NCBI GenBank assembly: GCA_013265495.1
Contig: MU058244.1
Coordinates: forward strand, 62,001 to 126,000
DNA from: Vicugna vicugna
Taxonomy: Eukaryota
Length of the DNA stretch: 64,000 nt
Direction of reading: 5' to 3'
Below the pieces are notes generated by a model that was not told the DNA's origin, searched no databases, and saw nothing but the letters and a program-made list of their open reading frames with translations. Both the position numbers and the translations under genes were made by a program. This document shows positions 28,926 to 39,200 of the stretch, in pieces; position 1 is the first letter of the stretch; the number at the start of each line of letters is the position of its first letter.

Positions 28926-31900
28926 GACGCACAGCGGTAGACTGAAGTGAGGGCTGAGGGAACGTGGCTCGTGCTGGATGGGTCCTGAGGCTCTGTTTTA
29001 ATTCTCATGACCCCCCGTGGGCTTGGTGCCACCAGCAGCCTCTGTTTTCCAGGAGGGGCAAGGGAGGCTCAGCTTCAGTGTGGGACTTGCCTCAAGTCCT
29101 GTAAGTGAAGGAGTCAGAATTTGAACTTGAGCCAGATTGGGTTTTATCCCTCCGGGTCTCCACCCTCTCTGGGGCTCGGGGAGGCCTGGTGAGGGAGACC
29201 CCAGGTTGAGCAGAAGAAGGGGGTCCAGGCGGATGGACCAGCGTGGGCAGCCCCTTCCCAGCCCAGGGACTGGCCAGGCCAAGTAGGGGGTGAGGAGGAG
29301 GTGAGGAGGGCTGCCCACCCTCCCTCAGCCCCTCCTCTTCCCCCCACCCCGCAGACCACCTGTTGTCAAGCTCTGCTAACGAGCTGGCTTCAGGGGAGAA
29401 GGTGGAGAGACTGGGTGAGGTCAGCCTTCGGCTTCCAAACATTGAAACAAAAGTTAGACGAAGCTGTTCTTCAGAGGAGGCGCCGCTATCTGGGGGCCAG
29501 ACGCGCCCAGCCTGGGCCGCTTCTCAGAGCCGTTTGAAGCAATTAATTAGCAGGATCAGGAGCTGGCTTCCTGCCCGCCAGGCTGGCCCCACCTGGGCCT
29601 TCCTGCCTCCATGGGAGGCCGGGCCTCTGTCGGGTGTGAGTGGCCTCCTGGGCAGGGGGTGAGCCCTCGGCCTGGGCGCGGCCCAGCTCCTGCAGCCCCG
29701 GGGACCTGTCCCCAGCTGGCTCTGGGACACGGGGCGCGACTGGCTCTCTGGGAGCTGTGGCTGCCTCCGGGGGCCTCCGGGGCTGAGGGCAGAAGGAAGG
29801 TACTTTCTTCCCAGGCTGTTTCTGTTCCTGGGCCCCCTCCAGGGAAGACAGTGGGGGAGGGGCTGGGTGCCTGGCACCCCCTACCCTCTGAGCTCACTCG
29901 GCAGCGTCCGGGACTGGCCTGCAGCCAGGGGTCTGAGCAGAGAAGGCCTGGCCTGGGTTGGGGTGGGTTTCCCTGGAAGCTCGGAAGAACTTGTCTCCAT
30001 GGGCAGATGTGCGAGGAAGGTACGGCTGGAGGGTCAGGAGCCCCACAGGCTCCAGTCGGGAGGCCTGGACCCCCACCGCTGCCCCACCCCCTTCTGGGCC
30101 TGGGTTCCTCGTAGTCCTGGCTCCCAGGGCTCCAGGTCTGTCCCAACCCCACCGGGGTCCTCTGTCAGCGCCCCCTAGCCATCTGGTGCCTCTCCCAGGC
30201 TATTCTTTGGATCATCTGGCCAAGAGTTCCCCCGAATCATTGCTTCCTGGGAACCTGGCCGGATTATCTGCACCCCTGCGTCCATCCACGTCCAGGGCTG
30301 GGGCCTGTTGGAATCACAGAGGCCACATCCCGGGGCCCCTGCTTTGAACATGGCCTCTGCTGCCCCCAGCCCTCGGCAGCCCTCTCACCTGGGCACCTGA
30401 AGGTGCTCCAGGATTAGTGGTGGTGGAAGATTCCGGGAGGAGGGGGCTCCTCCCACCCAGCCTGGACCTCCTGCGTCCCTGTGTGGTCGCCTGGCCCCTG
30501 GAGAGTGACCCCCCTCCTGGAAAGTCTTTCAGAGCCAGGTCCAGACACACGGGAGCCGATCAAACAGCACCGGACGCCTCACCAAGGAAGATGGATGGGA
30601 AGCAAACGAGCAGAGAAATACGCTTAACTCCATTAGTCACCAGAATGGCAGATAAAAACAGTGACTGGACCAAATGCCTCCCTTCACCCCGCAACCTTGT
30701 AAAGCTCTCGGACGCCGGTCCTTCCCGCAGCCCTGAGGGTGATGCTCAGCTGGGAGGACCTGCGTGATCCGAAGGCCAGCCACGGCCTGGTGCCTCGGGA
30801 GAGAGGGCCAGACCCTGACCTCAGGTGAGCAAGAGGAGAACCGCCAGGCCCGTCTGGGTCAGAGTCAGTGCTGACCCGGGCTCAGCAAACTCCCTCACAG
30901 ACGAGGAGAGCGCGGAGCGGGGCAGGCGGAGGCCGCCGAGCAGGGCGTCTCCTTGGGCCTTCTCCCTGGTCCTCTGCCCTGCTGCCACTGCCTCTCTCTG
31001 TCCCGGACGAGACACCCGGGGTGTCACTTCCTGCAGCCTTCACACCTGACTCGGGGCTGCCTGCGCTGCTGCACCTCCTGATGTCTTGACCGCCGTCGGG
31101 GAGTCTGTGGTCTCTGCCTATAAATCCTCACATCTCAGACCCACAGCCCCTCAGGTGAAACAGCCCCATTTTAGGAGGAAAACCCAATTTACTTCTGCAC
31201 ATGTTTGGGAGAACGGATTCCAAAGATATGAATAATTCATCTCCCCACTTGCTCGGCAGCTCCGACATTTCGAGGTCAGGAGCAACGGCTGAATTAATTA
31301 ATTTTGTGTTTTCCTGTGATAAAAACAACAGTGCTTCAGTCGTCCCCCTCCATCGTTAAGCCAAACGTGTAACCTAAGAGGATGGTTTGCTCAGCCCCAG
31401 GGAGGCTCAGCGCTCAGGCTAGCGGGGCGGGTGGGCGCCCCCGGCACGACCAGCTCCCCCAAGGGCCAGCAGCGAGCCCCGTGGGCTGGACCAGACTCCA
31501 CGGATGCAGGTCCCCTGCGTCCTCCTTCGTGCAGACCCCCAGCGGGTTGGCGTTTCTCTCCCGGAAGAACCACTGCAAGCCTCAAAGTGCTCCTTGCCGC
31601 CCTCTGAGGCTTTGGGTGGAGCCCTGAGCGCTCCTGCTGCTGTCCGTTCGTCGGGCCCGGGGAAAGAACCTCTGTGCGTGGTGGTCTGTCGCCGAGCCGT
31701 GTGGGGTCACGGGTGCGTTAGGAGCAGCCGAGCTCCTGCAGCGGACCAAGTGGCTGCCCCCAGTGCCGGCCCCGGGCTGGGCCGCGGTGGCTGAGAAGGA
31801 GGGCGATGGTGTCGGGGCACCCGGCCCTCCCCTCCCCGTCCGCCGGCTGAGCGGAGGGGCCTCTGGGGGACTGAGGGAGGCACAGCCCCAGCCACTTGGA

Positions 31901-32189
31901 GCCTGGGTCCCTGAATGAGCACCGACAGGACATTGGGCTGGGCCTCACGAGAGTGAGAGGTCCCCAGGTCAGGCTGCCCTGTGCACGGCTCTGGAGAGGA
32001 CCACTCGTCCTGCAGCTCCCCAGCAGACCCTGGGACTGCCCTGGAAGGACCGAGCCCATGGCTTGAAGTCCAGATCCTGTGCTCTACTGAAAAGAGGATT
32101 TCTTTAGAAAACTAGGTCCCCCCCCCACTTATTACAGAAAGAGTAAATGGTCACTTTAGCATAAAGACAAAAGACAAAATTCCTATAAT

Positions 32190-32520
32190 AATCTTGGCTA
32201 TGGGACTTCAGAGAAGACTGCTGAGAATTTCTGAGAACATCTCCCTGGCTCTTATAAAAGGGCACAAGTTGGTGTGTCTCTAGAGGTTGGTGGATAAGGA
32301 TGTGATGTCTGGAACTATGGCAGTCATCTTGCAACTTGGAAGCCAGTTCAGAGGACTGAAGCCACGGGAGGATGGCACAGCAGAGAGAAGGAGGGATCCC
32401 AAATCCTGTGACATCACATAATCTCGACGCACCAACCTGAACTTCCTGTCATGTGACACAATGTGTTTTAAAGCCATTTCCAGTTGGCCTTTCTGTACTT
32501 GCAGCCAAAGCATCCTCGCT
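32190..32520 (+). mobile_element. MLT1 (MaLR) LTR remnant, J/K/L-like
   Basis: GATGTGATGTCTGGAACTATGGCAGTCATCTTGCAAC...GGATGGCACAGCAGAGAG...TTTAAAGCCATTTCCAGTTGGCCTTTCTGTACTTGCAGCCAAAGCATCCT. Confidence 0.75.
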
Positions 32521-33504
32521 GTGTGTGCTTGTGTATTAACCTTTCCTTTCTTAGCATTAAAATGGGGCCAAGGAATTGCTCCTTGGGCAGAGGTGAGTCT
32601 GGGAAAAGGCAGTTTTAGGGGAGGAAGAGACAGATCGAGGGGCCAGCTCTGAACCCCCAGGCCTGCTGGTGACCTTCAGATGGTGCCCCTCCTTGTCACC
32701 AAGGGACAGGGCAGGGTGGGCTCATGGCCGCCCTCCAGCTGCAGGCCCTGCTGCCCGAACTCCTCCCAGGCCCCCTCCCTGAGCTGTGCGAGCCCCGTCA
32801 GCCTGAGGCCCACGGGGTCAGCTCTCTAGCCGCCGGACTCTTTCCCACAGAGCTCTGAGAAAGGACTGAGTAAGCAGAGCTATTTTTATGTCTTCAGTCA
32901 TCGGAGTTGCTATCTTAATTTGTAAGACATAGTTTACGCTCCTTAGAAACCCAAGCCTGTCCAGGAGCCCCGGGGAGCTGCTGGTACAGTTTGCCACTGG
33001 CCTCTGCCTCTTCCTGCCGGCTGAGGCCGCCATGTGAGGAGGCCTAGCACCCGATCCAGGCGGCCGCCTTCTGGAAGCTTCCGGGGCAGCCAGCCGCCGC
33101 CTGCTTCAGCTGCTTCCTATCCCAGCGCCAGCGGCAGGAGCAGCCTGGGCCCCAGACTTGGGCGTGGTGTTGTGTCTCCCGCCCGCTGTGCTGGCGGAAG
33201 GCTCCAAGGAAGGGGCTCCCGGGTCTGCTGGATGTGCCCCCCGTGGGCTGTTGGCAAAGACAGCCCTCCTCTGATAGCCAGCCCTTGCCCAGTGCTGTCT
33301 TCGAGATGCTGCCCCTCACCTTATCCGGCCCCCCGGTCAACCTGGGAAAGAGCCTCCCCTCCACCATTGTAGAGAAGGGAAAACGGGGTTGACCTGATCA
33401 GGGCCGTGGGCCTGGCTCATCTCCCTGCACCTGCACCTTTCCTGCAGGGGGTGGACTAGGTGACCTAGGCCCTCTGGAGATCTGGAATCAGACCCATGGG
33501 GCCC

Positions 33505-33665
33505 CTGTATCATTCATTCATTCATTCATTTGTTCAGCAAGTGTCAGCCAAGCGCCTGCCACTGGCCAGGCTCTGGGTGTACAGGAGTGACAGGTCAGGT
33601 ACTGACCCCGGCTTACGACTTGGAGGAGGAGACAGGCAGTCAGCAGATGGACACTATCAAACAGC
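33505..33665 (-). mobile_element. L2 LINE 3'-end fragment
   Basis: (CATT)4 tail then TTCAGCAAGTGTCAGCCAAGCGCCTGCCACTGGCCAGGCTCTGGG...GGAGACAGGCAG. Confidence 0.7.
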
Positions 33666-35059
33666 ACAGATGGGTACAGGGCAGAGGGATCTGCTGGGCG
33701 GTGGGGTGGGGGGCATGCTGGGTTGAGAAATGTCCCCCCGCCCCGATTCACATCCACTTGTGATCTGTGACTGTGAACTTATCTGGAAACGAAGACTCTG
33801 CAGATGTTGTTAGTGAAGTCGAGGCCAAATTGGAGTTGGGTGGCCCTGGATGCAGTGGCTACTGTCCACCTAAGAAGAGGGAAACTTGGACACACAGCCT
33901 GGGGGTGGGGCCACGGGATGGTGGTGGTGGCTGTGTGCACAGCTATAAGACGAGGAACGTGGCATGTGCTGGTGCCCCAGCGGCTGCAGAGAGGCCTGGA
34001 CCAGAGCCACCAGGAGGAGCAAGTCTGGACCCTCTGCTCTGGGCCCATCACTGCCCACAAGACCCTTCCACCACAACGGACATGCTCCCTCCCACGGATG
34101 GAGTCCAATGTGGCAGCCACTGGCCACGTGTCCACTGCCACTTGGAATGTGGCCTGTGTGACCAAGGGCCTGAAGGTCTGAAGTGTCACTTTCAGTCACA
34201 TTTAAATGTGAGTAGCCCCAGTGACCAGAGCTGTCATGTTGGGAGCAGCGAGTGAGGCCGCTCCATCCTGGGGAGAGTCCCTCAGGGAGACAGGCCTGTG
34301 GACGCCTTGCCTGTGCCCTGGGCTTTGCCATGGTCCATGTAGGGCTGGGGCACGTGGGCAGGGGCATCCTCCCACCTTCCCTTCTCCAGCCAGAGCTCCC
34401 AGGGCCGGCCTTCCTGATCGTGTCTCTCCCCAGAGCCAGGGAACGTCCAGCATGGGGGTGCCCCTGGGAGCTCTGCTGAAGCACCCTGCCTTTCCTGACT
34501 CCCAGTTTTCCTTTCTTCAGTTTGTAAGACCCCAGGGCTTTGCCAAAATCACCATCTCTGCTTTGCGAGCTGCCCCAGATCCCAACGTGCGGTCACTTCC
34601 CAGGATTAACGGAATTGCTTTAAATATAGACTCTACCAGCAGTCCTGATTGGGCAATAAAATGTTTTATTGGTGGTAGTCATTCTTCGGCCGGCTTCCAG
34701 CCAGGGTTACGCAAGCGAGAGTCCGGGGCTCTGGGAATGCGCGGTGCCGGCTCCAAGGGACCCTGGGTCATTACCTTAAAGGCAACACCTTTGGGTTCAG
34801 TGGGAAGAATGCGGAGCATCCAGATATGTGCGGATCATGCAGGGCTTTGACAACAGGATCTCAGAGTGGTTTTCAGCTGGGCTTTCAGTGGACACAGCTC
34901 AGCACTGGGGATGGAGCCTTGGCTGGGGTTGGTGGGGCTGCTGGGACAGGAGCAGAGAGGCAGGAGCTCCAAAGACTCACATCAGAGTGCCTGGGGACCC
35001 GGATACCAGGACATTCACCCACATCTTAGTAATAAAGCAAATAGGCTCAGAGTGGGGTA

Positions 35060-35495
35060 TTAATGGTGATGATGGTGTGGAAGTGGTGATGAAGGTGATG
35101 GAGAAGTTGGAGGTAGTGATGGAAGTGATGATGGAGGTGGAGGAATTGGTGACAGAGNNNNNNNNNNNNNNNNNNNNNNNNNNNNNNNNNNNNNNNNNNN
35201 NNNNNNNNNNNNNNNNNNNNNNNNNNNNNNNNNNNNNNNNNNNNNNNNNNNNNNNNNNNNNNNNNNNNNNNNNNNNNNNNNNNNNNNNNNNNNNNNNNNN
35301 NNNNNNNNNNNNNNNNNNNNNNNNNNNNNNNNNNNNNNNNNNNNNNNNNNNNNNNNNNNNNNNNNNNNNNNNNNNNNNNNNNNNNNNNNNNNNNNNNNNN
35401 NNNNNNNNNNNNNNNNNNNNNNNNNNNNNNNNNNNNNNNNNNNNNNNNNTGGAACTGGTGGAAGTGCAGTAGTGATGGGGGTGGAGAGGTGGTGG
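35060..35495. repeat. GGT/GAT/GGA triplet low-complexity repeat spanning gap 35158-35449
   Basis: GGTGATGATGGTGTGGAAGTGGTGATGAAGGTGATGGAG... on both sides of the gap. Confidence 0.85.
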
Positions 35496-35859
35496 TCCAG
35501 AGGAAATAGAATAAGCTCTTTTGGGGTTGTTCCAGACTTCCTTTTATTTTTTTTCAGTGTCAGTGAGATCCTGGGGGAACCTAACTGGTCTGGTGGGCTT
35601 AAAATCTTATTTCTCCAACATTACAAGGCTGGAAAGATCTGGGTTCAGATCTTGGTGTGTCTCCATATTTAGAGCCACCGTTAGGTCCCACTCCCACTTG
35701 GGCTGCAGAGACGGCCGCCTAGCTCTATAGGGAGGAGAGAAAACATATTCCTCCCAGACCTGCCTCTGCCTTCTGTCTCTATAAAAGGTTTACAGTCAAC
35801 CAAAGGAAGGATCAGGGTGTGGGGGCTGACATCCCTCAAGTGTTAACCTGTCCTGCTAC

Positions 35860-36290
35860 AGCACTTTGTTGAAATACAATCCACACACAGAGAAATCTGT
35901 GAGTTGTGGGTACAGCTCTGACTTACATGCACATCCCCCTGGGCACCCACCGCCCATGTCGGGCTACATGTGTGCTCCCCAGGACCCAGAGCTAATTCCC
36001 ACCCAAGGGGAAGCCTGCTCTGTCTCCTGTTACCATAGATTGCAATCCTCCCTGAACGTCACCGCGATGTGGGCTAGAATCCTACAAGGAGCTCCTGGTT
36101 TGGGAATCCATCACCACGTGCCCTTGAGGTCTGTCCAGTCCTGCCCTGTGTCGCGTGTGGTTCTGTTGTGCACCCAGTCTGCATGTCCATCACATCGATG
36201 CACATTTGGGTTTGTCCAGGCTTTGGACCATCAGACGTGGAACCGGCATGAGTGTCCTTGCCTAAGTCTTCTGTTCACAGGCATTGTCCC
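35860..36290 (-). mobile_element. Old L1M (L1ME/MC-like) 3'-end fragment
   Basis: TTGTTGAAATACAATCCACACACAG...GTTACCATAGATT...CACATTTGGGTTTGTCCAGGCTTTGG...ATGAGTGTCCTTG, typical of an antisense L1 3'UTR. Confidence 0.65.
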
Positions 36291-39200
36291 CCCTCCTCCA
36301 AGTCTGTGGCCGTGCAGGCTTCTGTGGGCCAGGTGGTGTGAGGATCACGGTCTCTGGCCGGCACACAGCGGGCACTCAGCAGTGGTCTGCCGGTCTGATT
36401 TCTGTGTGCGCGCTTTCCATGGCCTCCAAAGCTCCCCTCTTGACGGCCCAGAGCATTTCCACAGTCAGAAAATGGCCAAGAATCCAGAATTCCGGGAGCA
36501 GAGCAGGCGCGCTGAGAGACGGGCGAGGAAACACGTGTTCACAGCCAGCAGCGCACAGCTGCTTCCTCTTGCGGCTTCCCCAGCCTCAGATGATTTGTTT
36601 TATTAGAGGCAAGTCGTATTTGCTACCGACCCACAGCCCTGGCGGCCCTGGGGAGGCAGACGCCAGACTGTGGACTGTGGTCCCCTGGTCCTGCTGCACT
36701 TGTGTTGGATGTGGGCCCTGGGCCCGTGATGTGATGTGATGTGGTCAGTGGGCTCAGGGCTTTGGAAAGGGCAGACCTGCCTCGTCTTAACCCCCAGGGG
36801 CCCTTGTGTGGCCAGTGCCCAGACAGTCCTTGGAGGAGCCATGTCTGCCGCCCTCTGCACAACTGGGCCTCAGGGTGGTCTACTGACCCACTCTCAACCC
36901 GGGGCCAGTGACTCTGGGAGTAGCCGGATCAGGCAGGGCCAGACCCCCATCCTAGAGCCGGGTTCGGAGTGCTCTCGCCGCTGCCTGGGGTTCTTGGCAC
37001 ATCCCCGGCTCCCGTGCCCTCAGGACCAGCTGCTGCTGCACTCAGGGTGAGTGTGAGGTTGGGTGGCCTGGGTGTGACCAGCCTGCCCCCTTGTCTACGT
37101 TCCATATGCACTTGGGTCCTTTCAGCCTCGAGTCAAACCAGCTGCTAGTCACAGCAGCGAGCAGAGGGGAGGGGGCCCATCACAGAGACCAAGGTGGGTG
37201 GCCGGCCCCTGCCTGCCAGGGCCTGGGCAGTCACTCGGGATGCCCTCCCCAAGGACCCAGACCCTGGAAGGGCTCAGCTGGCGGGGCTGCAGGTGTGCAT
37301 GATGTTTTCGGAGGAGGACGTCTCCCCCACCCCCAGCACACCAGCAACCTCACATTGAGGTTTTGAAGCCTCTGGGCACTTGCCAGGGCAGATGGGCGGC
37401 CAGGTGGGCTGTCTGGGTCGCGGGGGTGGGGGGTCCCTTAAGTTAGTGTGATTTGCTCTGATCTTGGGGTCGAAATTTGGCCTAAGAACCTTATTTGAAT
37501 ATTTAAGAAAGAAGTGGGTTTTTTAAGTTTGCCTGAAGCGTCTGCATCCTGGTGGGAGTGGATGCTGGTCAGGAGGCTGGATTCTGATGCTCTGTTTCGG
37601 TTTCGCCTCCGCCCTGGGGCTGACCTCCTTCCCAGAGCTGAGGTCCCAGACCCTGCTCGGGGAAGTGGAACCACCTGCCTGCTGGCGGCCATGCCCTTGA
37701 GAGCCTCCTTCCCACCGCGCGGCTGCTCTGCGCCTGGCTGTGTGGGAAACCGTGGAAAGAGGTTTTCTCAGGATCCTGGGTTTGGGGGGTGGGGAAGAGC
37801 CCCCATGACACATTAAACCCCCAAGTGGAAGGACTCATTGCACAGATACTGCACGGTGCTCCGCCGTTGAATCACATGCTAGAACGCACCGTGGGGGCCG
37901 GCCTGTCTCCGTGCTGCCCTGGCTGAGCCTCTCAACGTTTTAGTAACGGCAGGCTGGCTGGGCCCTGGGCCCCAACATGGAAAGTCTTCCGGCTAGTCTG
38001 GGTGCACAGCCTGTGCTGGAGGGCACCCAGTCCCGCTGGCCAGTGAACATACCCTTTATGTGCCCTGGGCCCCACGTGGCCCCCTGGGTTCCCCTGGCTC
38101 CCCGTAGCAGGGCCACATGTGGGCTGAGTCCGCCCTGGGCCCGGGGCCAGGGCCGCAGGGCGCTCTCTGTCCCTCCTGAAGACCCGCCCCTTGCAGGCCA
38201 GCTGCGTGATCTGGGCTCTCCCACCCTCTCTAGCATCTTAGCGCATCTTTCTCACACCGTCGGGACAATGCTCCGTTTGGGTCAGGCTACGGGACAAGGC
38301 CACTGTGTGGTGGCCAGGGGAATCAAATCAAATTCCACAGATGCCCCACAAAGGGCAAAAGCACCCCTGTGTTAAAGACGTGGCCGTGGCTTTTCTGGGC
38401 CCAGCATGCAGACTCCAAGGAGGCCGACCCAGGAGACACGCGGGTCCTCTGTGCGGCCTGGACAGGGTGTGGTCCCTGTGTAGGGGAGGCACAGGGGAGC
38501 TTTCCTAGGTTCCTGGGAGAGCGCACTTAGGATGCTGCAGTTGAGAGGTGGAGTTCTGGCTCAGGACAGGGGTCTGATTGGGGGGAGGACCCCCCTCGCT
38601 GGGGTTTCTCATGGGCACCAAGCTCCCCAGACTCTGGGGAGCTCCCAGGCCCTGTGGTGCTGAGGGTGTGGGAAGCAGGGGCTCAGCTGGGCACCTGCTT
38701 CTGGGGACAAAGAGACATCAGTCTATCAGGGAAGGGTCCTTCCTGGCTGACCCAGGCCCTGGGAGGGGGCTGGGAGCTGGGGGCTGAGTGGGAGGGGTCT
38801 CTGGGGTGGGTGGAAACCACATGCAGTCGGCACCGTGGACAGAGTGGCCGTGGCCCCAGAGCTGTCCAGTGTCACTTATTAAGGGTAGCCCCAGACCCCA
38901 AACAAACCTAACACCCTCGGGATGCTGCAGGCTGCAGGGCTGTGGTTCACATAGCCAGGGACGTCAGGAGAGGGGCACTGGGGACCTGCTTCCCCGGGAG
39001 CCTCACGCAGCGCCCCAGCAAAGCCCAAATCACGGACTGAACCCTCAGTGCAAGGGAGACTGGGAAGCCCTTGCTTTGTCTCGGGGGTGCCTGCAAAGAA
39101 ACAATTGTCCACTCTGCTGAGTTTCCAGAAGGACCCTGGCCAGCCTCTCCTGGGGTCTGCTCAGGTCTGTCTGCTGAGGGAGGGGGCTCTGGGTGTCAAG

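Noticed and set aside
29430-29560. AT-rich patch with SOX-, TCF- and homeodomain-like words
   Set aside because: Most matches carry mismatches; only AATTAATT is exact, which is too weak to call.
34221-34850. 209-aa ORF with a natural-looking second half
   Set aside because: No recognisable domain or coherent exon structure; treated instead as the non-coding element reported at 34501-34685.
34828-35472. Glu/Val/Met-rich ORF
   Set aside because: Translation of a GGT/GAT/GGA simple repeat spanning an N-gap.
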